Virus record (IMG/VR): IMGVR_UViG_3300046003_004989
Span: 64,001 to 128,000 of that record
Direction: 5' to 3' (one strand)
DNA from: a virus
Length of the DNA: 64,000 nucleotides
A program made the translations under genes and the position numbers. A model generated the notes under the pieces. The model made no database searches and was not told the DNA's origin. It worked only from the letters and a program-made list of their open reading frames with translations. Positions 18,487 to 28,006 of the stretch are shown one piece after another (position 1 is the first letter of the stretch; each line of letters begins with the position of its first letter).

Positions 18487-20280
18487 TTAGAATAGTCCGC
18501 TATAAATGTCGTCATCGTCCGATGTCATTTCGATAGTCTTATCGATTTTCTTTTGTATGTTTTGATCGAGGTGATCGAATAGTTCTTCTACTGTTTCTGT
18601 AAAGTCTAAAGTGTCAAATATTGATGCTGCTGTTACGCAAGTCATCATACAGTCATCATTACCTGATTGAGCTGAGTACGTACCATTAGGATTTCTAGAG
18701 AAAGCCTTCGCTTCTTCTATAGTTCTCGGTTCTGTGAGTATTAGTTGACCTCCACCGACACATTTTTTCATCTTTTCACAGAATAGAATTTTATTGTCTT
18801 TATTGATTCTGATACCTTGATTCTTCACTTTCGTACCAACTCGATGATGATATCTTACAATAGTTTCTTCATCAAAATCATTACTTGCAGGGAATAGCGT
18901 AGTCAAATTTTTGATTAATTCTGAACCGTATGTATTGTATTCGATAACTAATCGTAGGTTTTCCTGATCAAATACTTTCACACATAGAGTGTAGAGTATT
19001 TTAGAGAAGTCTTCTAAGTTATGTATATTGGAACGGAATAAACCCACTTGCTTAAGTCCGAAAAACTCTGTAATCGAACCGGGTGAGTTCATCATATCCA
19101 TATCGGATTCAGCAATTGCTACTACTTTAAATATATTGACTACTGTAAAATCTCTACCGATACCTTCGGCTAGATCTATCGATAGAACAAAGAAATTCTT
19201 CGGATCTTCAACTTCTTCAATGTCAAAATCTTCAGCCCATTTAAGTGCTGAATAATCAATACAAAGGTCATCTAGAGGATCGATTTCTCTAAATGAGAAT
19301 TCTTGTTGATTCTTTTCTAAACGAAGAATTTGTTCTGATGTAAGGAGAAGTGATGATGCATTAAGGAATTGACATCCATATTGCTGATTAAATGCTTCTT
19401 CCGATCCAAGATTAGCTATCTCTCGAGCTCTCCATGCTTCGTCTCTTCCGGGAACTTCCCACCAGTCCACACGAAGGGCAGTATATTCATTAGCACCATC
19501 TACAGATCCTTGATACAGATCATGGAATAAGTCATATCCATTTGGTGTAGATGTGATAATTACACGTGATATTTTAGAAGATGATAGCGTTGGATAAACG
19601 TTTTCATAGAATGGCTTCTTAATATTAGTTGGAATGTGAGCAAACTCATCAAGGAATAGTAAGTGAATCGTAAAACCAATACCACCTGTTTTTGTAGTAT
19701 TTTGACCAATGATTCTACAACGATTGTCGTATATCATTGTCATTACATCTTTCTTAGCTGTTCCAGGTTTTAAGAAGAACGGCAGACCTTCCATAATGGC
19801 TTTAATCTTGTCCATAATCTCTTTGGTAGTAGCACCCTTATTCGACATAAGCAGTACGTTTTTATCAAAGTGAAATAGGAGATACCAAGTCAGGAATACT
19901 GATGATGTGATCGTCTTACCAACCTGTCTAGGTGCTAGGAAGATATTCCATCTATTGTCTTGATATGATCGAAGAACTCGTTCTTGATAAGGACGAAGAC
20001 GGATTTTTTGATATCCATCATCCGTCATTACTTGACAGTAATTATTTGCAAAGTGAACGATATCCTTTGCACATTTTTTAACCTCGGCATACTCCTCTTC
20101 GGTATACTCGAATACGATATTTGCTCTTTTATAAGACGGATCACCTTCAAAGAATGGATGTTGTGGTGGATCGTAACCCTCTTCCATTGCTTGTAGTAGC
20201 TTTTCAACCTTTTCGGTATTCCAAACTACTTTCTTGTCATCATTCTTATTTTCGTCTTTATATTCTTTTACCTTAAACAC
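18487..20280 (-). CDS. gp17: Terminase large subunit (gp17-like)
   Basis: LRPYQ, APRQVGKT, LFLDEFAH, ITSTPNG, DLAEG and NDDC motifs. Confidence 0.95.
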   Translation of the reverse strand: MFKVKEYKDENKNDDKKVVWNTEKVEKLLQAMEEGYDPPQHPFFEGDPSYKRANIVFEYTEEEYAEVKKCAKDIVHFANNYCQVMTDDGYQKIRLRPYQERVLRSYQDNRWNIFLAPRQVGKTITSSVFLTWYLLFHFDKNVLLMSNKGATTKEIMDKIKAIMEGLPFFLKPGTAKKDVMTMIYDNRCRIIGQNTTKTGGIGFTIHLLFLDEFAHIPTNIKKPFYENVYPTLSSSKISRVIITSTPNGYDLFHDLYQGSVDGANEYTALRVDWWEVPGRDEAWRAREIANLGSEEAFNQQYGCQFLNASSLLLTSEQILRLEKNQQEFSFREIDPLDDLCIDYSALKWAEDFDIEEVEDPKNFFVLSIDLAEGIGRDFTVVNIFKVVAIAESDMDMMNSPGSITEFFGLKQVGLFRSNIHNLEDFSKILYTLCVKVFDQENLRLVIEYNTYGSELIKNLTTLFPASNDFDEETIVRYHHRVGTKVKNQGIRINKDNKILFCEKMKKCVGGGQLILTEPRTIEEAKAFSRNPNGTYSAQSGNDDCMMTCVTAASIFDTLDFTETVEELFDHLDQNIQKKIDKTIEMTSDDDDIYSGLF

Positions 20281-20294
20281 ATATTCAGATATTT

Positions 20295-20933
20295 TTAAAG
20301 CTCAGTCTGATTGTCTGAGTCGAAGTCTGTAGGATCTTCTTCTGGCTCTTCATTACCTAATTCTGCTTGAATTTCTTTCATTAGGTTTCTAGTTCCTCTA
20401 GCAACATTTCCGCTTTCTAGCTTCTTAGTTGGTTTTGCTTCACCTCCACCTCTTGCATCATCTGCATAGATATCGATGTCACGTTTAAGTTTTTTCATAT
20501 TCTCTTCGGATGCCATCATATGAAGTGTTTGATGTTTCATAATATCTAACATTGTCTTTTGAAGACCTGCTAGAACCTCAAACATACGAGGAGTAACTTC
20601 ACCTGTATCAATGGTTCTCATTAATGTAGTGATAGCTCGCTCAGAGTATTGCATTTGTTGAATCAAATTAGATAGCGTTAGCATTTCTAATTTCGCCTTA
20701 GCTTGAATGTACTCGTTATTGTCTATCAGCTCTTGTGAAAGATAGAATTTAAGTAGTGAGTTCATCATCTTCTTAGATTTATTCATAGAAGAAGCTTTCA
20801 TCTCGTCATAGTCGATAGGCTCATTCAATTGGAATGCTGGAAGACCACCTCCACTTGTTGCAGGAACGTTATCGTCGTTCAAAAGGTCCTCGACTGATCT
20901 CCTTGCTGGATTGTCTTGTTTATCGTTTTCCAT
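20295..20933 (-). CDS. Probable terminase small subunit (gp16-like)
   Basis: Immediately upstream of TerL; PRMFEVLAGL resembles the gp16 PRxxEV motif; helical. Confidence 0.6.
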   Translation of the reverse strand: MENDKQDNPARRSVEDLLNDDNVPATSGGGLPAFQLNEPIDYDEMKASSMNKSKKMMNSLLKFYLSQELIDNNEYIQAKAKLEMLTLSNLIQQMQYSERAITTLMRTIDTGEVTPRMFEVLAGLQKTMLDIMKHQTLHMMASEENMKKLKRDIDIYADDARGGGEAKPTKKLESGNVARGTRNLMKEIQAELGNEEPEEDPTDFDSDNQTEL

Positions 20934-20964
20934 ATTATTGTATTCTTATAGTATATGTATCTCT

Positions 20965-21041
20965 GTACGTCGGAGCGGAACCTCGACTTGACAGCCTCCT
21001 CGTGTTTTACTGTATTCCCTTTACCTGAAACCCAGTAAGGG
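20965..21041 (-). ncRNA. Candidate structured non-coding RNA or leader
   Basis: Intergenic; 55 of 110 bases are G+C in 20961-21070, in an AT-rich genome; three hairpins; ECF-like promoter immediately upstream. Confidence 0.35.
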
Positions 21042-21070
21042 TTATATGTTACCGAGCCGAGCTGTGTTTC
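21042..21070 (-). promoter_or_regulatory. Putative ECF-type promoter GAAAC-N17-CATATAA
   Basis: Matches the sites at 3986, 13959 and 29303. Confidence 0.5.
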
Positions 21071-21079
21071 AGAATCAAT

Positions 21080-21115
21080 AAAAAAATGCGATAAACCTTT
21101 CGAGATTCATCGCAT
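21080..21115 (-). terminator. Terminator
   Basis: ATGCGAT...ATCGCAT stem followed by a T run on the minus strand. Confidence 0.6.
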
Positions 21116-21134
21116 ATAATTAAGTTAGGGATTA

Positions 21135-21476
21135 TTATTTCTTGTAAGTAAAAGCATAGGAACCATCTCTAGTATAGCTCTTATTAATCTTGCTTTTATG
21201 TGAAGCGAAAACTTTAGCTACTAAGTCCTTAGCAAATTTTTCATCTTCTTTTAATTCGGAACCTAGCTTAGAAGTGCTAACTACCAAAGTTTCTTTTTTG
21301 AAGCCAAATCCACCCACAGTATCTAATAAAATACCCTGAGATCCATCTAATTCAAATTTACTATGCTTCTTGCAAGCATCTACTAAGTCTTTCATAAAGT
21401 TCTCTAGGTCTGTGTATGAGCCTTCATTAATAGAAGATTCATTTAGGAACTCTTCAAATGTTGGAATGTGTTTCAT
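21135..21476 (-). CDS. Putative internal head protein (capsid-targeting-like leader)
   Basis: MKHIPTFEEFLNE-SSINE. Confidence 0.65.
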   Translation of the reverse strand: MKHIPTFEEFLNESSINEGSYTDLENFMKDLVDACKKHSKFELDGSQGILLDTVGGFGFKKETLVVSTSKLGSELKEDEKFAKDLVAKVFASHKSKINKSYTRDGSYAFTYKK

Positions 21477-21491
21477 GATTATATTTTGTGT

Positions 21492-23348
21492 TTATCTTAC
21501 GTATTCTTTTACCATTCTCAAAGGTGGAATAGCATTATCGATCATTAAAGCTTGATCTTGATCTCTTACTACAAATTGATTAAGAGTTATAGGTTGAACC
21601 TCTTCTTCCATTGATTCTTTCCATATTCTAATATTAGTTAGAAGTGTAGTTCCAGCTCTTAACATGAAAGATGTATCGGTTGGAGTTATCGCTTCAGGAG
21701 TCATATTAGAATTTTGAGTAAACAGAAGTCTAAGATTAGTAGTTTTAATTTGTCCATTTGGTGGTAAAGATGAATCGTATCTCATACCCCAAATATGAAC
21801 TGATGTTTGAGAGAATTCATTCATATGATTAACTACAATTCCATACCAATCATTAGGATTCAATTCAGGGAAATTCTGATCAAAAACCATTGTTTGAGTG
21901 TTTCTAACAACAGTTATCGATTTTGTTTTTCCTGTGATAGGATCGTAATCTAAAGTGATTCCAATACCTTTATTTTCTGATGGATTGTAACCATCAATTA
22001 GAATATCTGATCCATTTCCAGTAGGCTTAAACCAAGCAGAAAATGCAGTATTCACTTTGTCATCTCGATTTACCGCTAATTTATACTTAACCGCAATATC
22101 ATTTTTAGTCATACCTACAGGTAAGTTGTAGAAGTACTTACCAACTACCGTAAAGTAATTTGTTAGATCTTTTGTTTCGATAACTAGCTTATCGTGAATA
22201 TGACTTCTTACGTGATCGAATCCACCGATAGAAATTGTACGATACTGTAAGGGTTTCGTAATCTCTTCATATTCTCTTTGGATTTCTCCACCAAGAACTT
22301 CGTCTAATGAAACATGAAGATCGTTAACGTACTGATCGATTTCAGGGATGTTACGCATAACATTTAGTTTATCTTGCCATTTGAATAGATTGACTCTGTA
22401 ATAAGCTTCAGTAGCCATAAAATCACGTCTCAAATATGCCGAGTTAACTTCATATATACGATCAATTAGAGGGAAATACAAATAATCTCTTTGTTCAGGA
22501 AGATCGTCTTGTCCGAATGCTCTTTCGAAATGTTCTTTGACGATATGCACTTCTAGACCATCACCAAAATCCATATCATAAGGTAAGAATGCGATAGCAT
22601 TGTCTGGGAATTGATTGTCAGGAATCATAATCTTGATATCCTTCACTTCCGTTACCTCATATAGTGAAAACTCTTTTAGAACTGGATCAGCAGATTCAGC
22701 TTTAACTTGAGTTTTGAAATATCGAACACAATGACCAAACATTTCCGAAACTGCACATGACATTTCGTGATAGATCTTAATAGCTGGACTCATTACATCA
22801 TAAGGACGGAATAGAGCACCATCACAATTAATTGTAATTCCAGAAGAGAAATTTGTAGTAGGACAAGCATTAGCTTTACAGCCGTCTTGCGTGATTATTT
22901 TCGGAGCAACTCCTGTAGGTGTAACACCTTCTTCGAAATTGATAACAATTCTTTCAATCATTCTTGCTCCAGTTTCTGGACCTTTTCTGACTAATCTAAA
23001 TTGTAAGTCAAATGAATCAGAAATTTTATGCGGATTAGGATCAGTTGGACGAATAATGCCATTCAATGTAGATCGTAAACTTTCTAATTGCTGACCATTC
23101 TCTGCAATTTTAACCCAAGCTGACCAAATAACATGAGGCTTTCCGGTAGCTCTATCTATTGTTGCAATATCATAACTCCATCTAATGTAAATGTCATGAT
23201 AATTCTCCGCAGTCTCTAAAGGAGAGAAGTCAAATTCAATATTTTGTATTGATTTGATATAATAGAAAGCATTCGAAAAGTCCACAAGCAGGGTATCACC
23301 TGCATTGTAAGTTATGTTATTATTGGTTATTTGATAATCGAAACGCAT
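21492..23348 (-). CDS. Neck protein (gp14-like) with C-terminal LamG/ConA-like domain
   Basis: RYF..DPVLKEF, PEQRDYLYFPLIDRIYEV gp14-like core; FSAWFKP...WYGIVV LamG-like pattern. Confidence 0.65.
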   Translation of the reverse strand: MRFDYQITNNNITYNAGDTLLVDFSNAFYYIKSIQNIEFDFSPLETAENYHDIYIRWSYDIATIDRATGKPHVIWSAWVKIAENGQQLESLRSTLNGIIRPTDPNPHKISDSFDLQFRLVRKGPETGARMIERIVINFEEGVTPTGVAPKIITQDGCKANACPTTNFSSGITINCDGALFRPYDVMSPAIKIYHEMSCAVSEMFGHCVRYFKTQVKAESADPVLKEFSLYEVTEVKDIKIMIPDNQFPDNAIAFLPYDMDFGDGLEVHIVKEHFERAFGQDDLPEQRDYLYFPLIDRIYEVNSAYLRRDFMATEAYYRVNLFKWQDKLNVMRNIPEIDQYVNDLHVSLDEVLGGEIQREYEEITKPLQYRTISIGGFDHVRSHIHDKLVIETKDLTNYFTVVGKYFYNLPVGMTKNDIAVKYKLAVNRDDKVNTAFSAWFKPTGNGSDILIDGYNPSENKGIGITLDYDPITGKTKSITVVRNTQTMVFDQNFPELNPNDWYGIVVNHMNEFSQTSVHIWGMRYDSSLPPNGQIKTTNLRLLFTQNSNMTPEAITPTDTSFMLRAGTTLLTNIRIWKESMEEEVQPITLNQFVVRDQDQALMIDNAIPPLRMVKEYVR

Positions 23349-23366
23349 TAAGCATTATTCGTATTT

Positions 23367-23750
23367 TTAGTGCTTTGTCATCATTTGGAAGATTAGTGCA
23401 ATAGTTAAACCTGCAACTGTAGTGAAAATAAACCAAAGAGCTTTATTAACACCTTCTTGCCATTTTTCCAAATTATCTAAACGATTTCTTAGATCCGGAA
23501 TTTCTTCTATTTGATCTTCAAATCTTAGGATAGAATCCGTATTCTTGTTTATTCTAACAATAACACCATCATCTGGATTGAAGAGTCTTTTTTTGAAGTA
23601 TTCCAAATCCTCTTTAATAGATTTTTGGTCTTGACTAAGAGACTCAATCGAGCGTTTTATACTCTCAAGTTCTCCGTTTGGAAGTTTGGTCTTGATGATA
23701 TCAAGGGCTTTAAGAATATCTTCTATTCTTGGATCTGAGGTAGTAGCCAT
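23367..23750 (-). CDS. Coiled-coil protein with single C-terminal TM helix (holin/XhlA-like)
   Basis: RLDNLEKWQ followed by ALWFIFTTVAGLTIALIF; late promoter at 23771-23778. Confidence 0.5.
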   Translation of the reverse strand: MATTSDPRIEDILKALDIIKTKLPNGELESIKRSIESLSQDQKSIKEDLEYFKKRLFNPDDGVIVRINKNTDSILRFEDQIEEIPDLRNRLDNLEKWQEGVNKALWFIFTTVAGLTIALIFQMMTKH

Positions 23751-23793
23751 CTATAATTCTCTTGTTTTTATATTTATCCGTGAACCAAGAGAA

Positions 23794-24447
23794 TCATTTC
23801 TTCATGATTACAAGTGCAGTAGAATTATCTCGTTCCAATTTATGACCAAAAGCAGCCATTATATTTACAACATTAAGATATTCGTCGTCTTCTTTTTCGA
23901 ATTGATAAGAATAATTTTGAAGACGTACGAAAAGGTCACGGACAGCAACCTCAAAATAAGGTTTGGGATTGTATATTGTAGGTTGATAGACTCCAATATG
24001 TTTGAAGATTCTCTCACAATCTACTAAAAATTCAGGAAGAACTTTATTAGCGAGATCTATCCTAGAATGCATAATTTTATACTCAAATTTTTTGTTCTCG
24101 GATGATTCTGTAGTTTCGGATACATGAACTCTAAAGTATTTGAGTTTTTTAAATTCTCTCATAGCCGCCTCTAAATAATAAATAGAGTTAGCATTAGCTT
24201 GGAAATTTGAAGGTGAAACCGAATCAAAATTTGTGATATCTTTACGATATTTCTCCCAAAGGATCTCTTCTACCTCATGCACTTTCACGAAGAAAGAAGA
24301 ACTATCATAGTCAGGGACTGTAACAATCTGTGCTTTCTTTTTGAAGTCATTTATCAATAAACGGTCTTTGTAATTGTTCTTATTGAGATAGATCTCTAGA
24401 ATTAGAGGTTCAATCATAAAATTAGTATCTTCAAAGTTATCGATCAT
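23794..24447 (-). CDS. Hypothetical protein
   Basis: 217-aa ORF overlapping the upstream gene. Confidence 0.7.
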   Translation of the reverse strand: MIDNFEDTNFMIEPLILEIYLNKNNYKDRLLINDFKKKAQIVTVPDYDSSSFFVKVHEVEEILWEKYRKDITNFDSVSPSNFQANANSIYYLEAAMREFKKLKYFRVHVSETTESSENKKFEYKIMHSRIDLANKVLPEFLVDCERIFKHIGVYQPTIYNPKPYFEVAVRDLFVRLQNYSYQFEKEDDEYLNVVNIMAAFGHKLERDNSTALVIMKK

Positions 24448-24868
24448 ACATTTCGATTTGTTTTTCTAATGCAGAAAAACTCTTCTTCATACCTTCTGGA
24501 TTGTATTTGATAGCTTCATGTAATTCTCTTTCGCCTATCTGATTTCTTTCCATCCAAAGTTTTGCAACTTCTGGATTAGGTTTCCAGACTTTTTCGGTTG
24601 AAGATGTAGTCCTCTTAGTCTTTGTATATATCCAACCAGGGACTCTTTGGAACCTTGATGCTACGATTTGCCATAAGTCGACGACCGCTGATCCATTGAT
24701 TCCATTTCGATTTAATTGTTGTGCAGTTGCAGGATGTTTAATCGACATGAATCGATTGACCATAAAGAAGTGTTTACCTTTCTCTGCACTTTTTTGTTCT
24801 GCGTATTGTTTTGGGTTCGTGAACATTACACGAACGAAGTCAAATAGTTCCATGTTAGTTATATGCAA
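24437..24868 (-). CDS. Possible clamp loader small subunit (gp62-like)
   Basis: LFDF...FMVNRFMS...WIYTK pattern; real start probably MELFDF. Confidence 0.45.
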   Translation of the reverse strand: MHITNMELFDFVRVMFTNPKQYAEQKSAEKGKHFFMVNRFMSIKHPATAQQLNRNGINGSAVVDLWQIVASRFQRVPGWIYTKTKRTTSSTEKVWKPNPEVAKLWMERNQIGERELHEAIKYNPEGMKKSFSALEKQIEMYDR

Positions 24869-25180
24869 TTAAAGTTTATCGTAATCAGTCAAATCTATTT
24901 CTGTTCCGTCCCAACTTTTAGCACTGACCATATTTCCTATGCCAGTTAAAGTGAAACATATCGTAGTTCCACCTCCAATAGCACCTAAATACTTCTTTGG
25001 TTTAGATCTTTCCCATGCACGTAATTTTCTGATTTGTACTTCATCTAATTCGAATTGCCAAGACTCAGAAGTATACACTCCTTCAGGAACGACATTCCAT
25101 TCTTTTGGTAAACATTTCTCCGTACACCTTCCATTTTTCTTGATGCATTTTTTGCAAAGGATTTCTTTACTCATTTTCAA
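24869..25180 (-). CDS. Hypothetical protein
   Basis: GAIGG...FTLTGIG...IDLTDY motif, typical of small phage proteins. Confidence 0.65.
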   Translation of the reverse strand: MKMSKEILCKKCIKKNGRCTEKCLPKEWNVVPEGVYTSESWQFELDEVQIRKLRAWERSKPKKYLGAIGGGTTICFTLTGIGNMVSAKSWDGTEIDLTDYDKL

Positions 25181-25505
25181 ATTCTTTTTTAAGACGTAGA
25201 TAGCTTTCTCGTCTACGATTCTTCATTTCAATTTCGCTTCGTTTATTCCTTTCAATTCGTTTTTCAAATTCTTCATCAGACTCTTCAACCATCCGAGTAA
25301 TTTGATTATGCCAATATCCATGATAGTCGAAGTTATCATCATCAACCCAACCAGAATGAATGATGTCATCGTCTTCTAATTGTAAATTTTTGATATGAGA
25401 CCATTTCATTGGGCCGTTATTATATCCATGGAATATTTGTTTTTCCTTTAAGATTTTCTTTGGTGATTTTGTATCTTCCATTATTTTTGTATTTGTGGTA
25501 CCCAA
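25167..25505 (-). CDS. Hypothetical protein
   Basis: Compact ORF in operon; real start likely MEDTK. Confidence 0.6.
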   Translation of the reverse strand: MGTTNTKIMEDTKSPKKILKEKQIFHGYNNGPMKWSHIKNLQLEDDDIIHSGWVDDDNFDYHGYWHNQITRMVEESDEEFEKRIERNKRSEIEMKNRRRESYLRLKKEFENE

Positions 25506-26299
25506 TGTGTCATTCTGCCTTCTCTCGTTACTTCTTTAACGACTGGATATCCTTGTTCGCAAATGTTTCTTCCGTAAACTTTAAATGAGAAAACGAAATC
25601 TCCATCTTCTCCGTCCATACCTTTATATGTGCTAATACTTGCTCCTCGATTAGCAAAAGAAGATTTGATTACTTCTTCAGTTGCTTTATTCAGTTTAGAG
25701 AATTCGGAATCTGTGATAGATTTTACTACTCTATGTGGTGAAACTCCAGCTCTATAGAGAACTTCTGCTTTGATGTAATTTCCGATTCCACCGATCAGTG
25801 ATTGATTCATTAAAACTTCTGGCATCGTAGCTTCAGGGAATTTCATTAGCCTTTCTTTGAATAGCTCATCAGATATGATATCTGCTAGATGATTAGGTCC
25901 GATAGACTTTATTTTCTTTTTAGTCTGTTCGATATCATCTATGAATTTCATAGTTCCAAAGTTTCTAGCATCAGTAAAAAAGACCGAATTATCTTCAGTC
26001 TTAAATTCTATATGGCCATGTTTTGTATGATCGGCTCTCCAACCGCCAGACATTCCGAGAGTATTCCAAGCCCACCATTTTTTTCCGCTTTTCCCTGTGA
26101 ACTGAAATAAAATCAGCTTTCCACAGAAAGTTACTTCATCTACTTTTGCAGGCAATTCTTCTCTAAATGCAGATAGACCGACTGGATCTCCATGTCTGAC
26201 ATATCTACCAGAGTGAATGATAACTTCGGTTAGTAATTTACCGTTGATTCTTTGATTAATCGACAGTGCTGTCCTCGCTACTTCTGGTAATTCTGGCAT
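25481..26299 (-). CDS. Fpg/Nei family DNA glycosylase
   Basis: N-terminal PELPEV, LGMSG, DARNFG, H2TH GIGNYIKAEVL; no Cys4 zinc finger. Confidence 0.95.
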   Translation of the reverse strand: MPELPEVARTALSINQRINGKLLTEVIIHSGRYVRHGDPVGLSAFREELPAKVDEVTFCGKLILFQFTGKSGKKWWAWNTLGMSGGWRADHTKHGHIEFKTEDNSVFFTDARNFGTMKFIDDIEQTKKKIKSIGPNHLADIISDELFKERLMKFPEATMPEVLMNQSLIGGIGNYIKAEVLYRAGVSPHRVVKSITDSEFSKLNKATEEVIKSSFANRGASISTYKGMDGEDGDFVFSFKVYGRNICEQGYPVVKEVTREGRMTHWVPQIQK

Positions 26300-26468
26300 T
26301 TTCGTTTTTTTCGTTAATGAATCTTTTTTGTTCTATTAGCAATTTTTTCCCTTCGATTTTATTTGATTCGTTTAGGGCTTCGGTTAGCTTTCCTAGAACG
26401 TCTACTAATTTAGGTAGATCGTGTTCTAAGAATTTTTTACCTACTCTTGATGATGCAAAGTCTTCCAT
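26256..26468 (-). CDS. Small hypothetical protein
   Basis: 70-aa helical ORF in operon. Confidence 0.6.
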   Translation of the reverse strand: MEDFASSRVGKKFLEHDLPKLVDVLGKLTEALNESNKIEGKKLLIEQKRFINEKNENARITRSSEDSTVD

Positions 26469-26472
26469 TTGT

Positions 26473-26889
26473 TTAATTTATTTGTTCACGATTCCAAGTG
26501 TATTCTTTCACTTCACCGTTAATGTATTCTTTCCAAGTCTTCTTCCAAGGACCTGCTATTAATAATGTGACACAACCTCTAGGGGATTCACCTATGCAAT
26601 GATAGGAATCTCGAGGAAAGTATCGTATAAATTGTGTTCTTTCTATTGTTGTAATTTCTCCAGTGGATTCATCATCCAATACATATTCTCTGTATCTCCC
26701 AAAAAGTTTGAAACTTAAAGCATTAAATGCATGAGTATGAAACCTATCTTGAAAATTATCACTTTTAACGAAATGAAAGATGACTATACTAAAGAGCCAC
26801 TTACATTCGAAAATAACATATTGGTGAATCTTCCGATTACCGAAGTTAAATGTGTTCTTATGTAAAAAACTTATTGCGTTACTCTTCAT
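26473..26889 (-). CDS. Cupin-like protein
   Basis: HTHAF...GRYRE...YHCI...TLLIAGP cupin pattern. Confidence 0.65.
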   Translation of the reverse strand: MKSNAISFLHKNTFNFGNRKIHQYVIFECKWLFSIVIFHFVKSDNFQDRFHTHAFNALSFKLFGRYREYVLDDESTGEITTIERTQFIRYFPRDSYHCIGESPRGCVTLLIAGPWKKTWKEYINGEVKEYTWNREQIN

Positions 26890-27271
26890 GGTTTTCTAAG
26901 TCCCAACAGATGTCAGTCAAAAAGTTTTCATCTGTTAGAGTTTTCATTAATTCGTTTTTATGTTGTCTATTGAATTGTTCAGCTTCTTCTAGCGTTTTAT
27001 TTCCCCAAACCGTAACTTGATCGAAATGATTCAATCTAGCTAATCTGACTAATTCATTATAGTCTTCTTTTCTCAAATGCCCTTTAAGTGGCATAAGCCT
27101 ACCTACGCAGGTATTCCACTTAAATTTTCTACCGTCGTAAGTAACCCAATAATAGTCCATATCATCTTCACCTACTGCTACTAATCTTTCGATATCCCAA
27201 CTGCAATTAATGACGAATTGTCCTTTTAGTTCTTCAAACTTCCGAATGATGAGTGTTTTATTATCTTCCAT
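26879..27271 (-). CDS. Hypothetical protein
   Basis: Overlapping ORF in a compact operon. Confidence 0.65.
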   Translation of the reverse strand: MEDNKTLIIRKFEELKGQFVINCSWDIERLVAVGEDDMDYYWVTYDGRKFKWNTCVGRLMPLKGHLRKEDYNELVRLARLNHFDQVTVWGNKTLEEAEQFNRQHKNELMKTLTDENFLTDICWDLENHEE

Positions 27272-27641
27272 ATTCGTATCTAGATGCTGTTTTATCTTTA
27301 TATGTGATAGATTTGATCTCGTTTGGAGTAGACTTCTTGTACACTTCTTCTACAATATAAAGATTTTCCCATTCAACATTAGTGTTTTGCATAACCCATT
27401 GAGTGCTTTCATCCCATGTCATTTGACGAGTTTCGATAACTATACCCCATTGATCTGAGAATGATTGATCTGACTCAGCCATCGCTTCAAACATCTCGAT
27501 TGAAGGTTTTCTATAAGAAGTTTTACCGTCAGTTCGAGATACTAAGAGAGTTAACCCTATCGAATTATCTCTCTCGTAAGCATCGGAATAATCTTTGTAA
27601 GCTTTCTCAAGTAGATGATTGTATTGCATTTCAGTATTCAT
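27261..27641 (-). CDS. Hypothetical protein
   Basis: Overlapping ORF in a compact operon. Confidence 0.65.
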   Translation of the reverse strand: MNTEMQYNHLLEKAYKDYSDAYERDNSIGLTLLVSRTDGKTSYRKPSIEMFEAMAESDQSFSDQWGIVIETRQMTWDESTQWVMQNTNVEWENLYIVEEVYKKSTPNEIKSITYKDKTASRYEYGR

Positions 27642-28005
27642 TTATCTTCAAATTAAATTTTTCAAATATTTTTAGAGCTTCTTCGATACGGACTTTTATC
27701 CAAATAAAGACTTCACCGTAAGAATTGCTACCGATATTACATCCACCAAATTCCCAATAATCTTCTTCATTGCTTACATAAGATGCATTACGGAATGAAA
27801 TGACCCAATGAGGTTTATTCGATTGTATAAGCTCATAAGCCTCTTCGTAAGTTAGCTTACTCGGTCTTCTTGTAGCATATCCAGGATTGTCTATTGTGCT
27901 CTTTTCATCGACCCAAGAATCGAAAGATTTACTTAGAGCATAATCAAAAATCTCCTTCGGATCACTAGGGAGATTTTGAATATTTGCATGTTTGTAAAGT
28001 CCCAT
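27631..28005 (-). CDS. Hypothetical protein
   Basis: Overlapping ORF in a compact operon. Confidence 0.65.
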   Translation of the reverse strand: MGLYKHANIQNLPSDPKEIFDYALSKSFDSWVDEKSTIDNPGYATRRPSKLTYEEAYELIQSNKPHWVISFRNASYVSNEEDYWEFGGCNIGSNSYGEVFIWIKVRIEEALKIFEKFNLKINEY

Positions 28006-28006
28006 C

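Noticed and set aside
12098-20280. Introns, inteins or homing endonucleases in the terminase, topoisomerase or sheath genes
   Set aside because: The ORFs are continuous, with no intein terminal motifs or LAGLIDADG/HNH/GIY-YIG signatures seen
20992-21002. CAGCCTCCTCG on the plus strand, identical to the P3/L3 segment of the HDV ribozyme (theta-ribozyme idea)
   Set aside because: No matching P1/P1' or P2 pairings could be built around it, and no adjacent tRNA is visible
20965-21041. tRNA gene (T-loop-like GGTTCCG)
   Set aside because: No acceptor stem, anticodon arm or CCA could be assembled; kept only as a generic structured-RNA candidate
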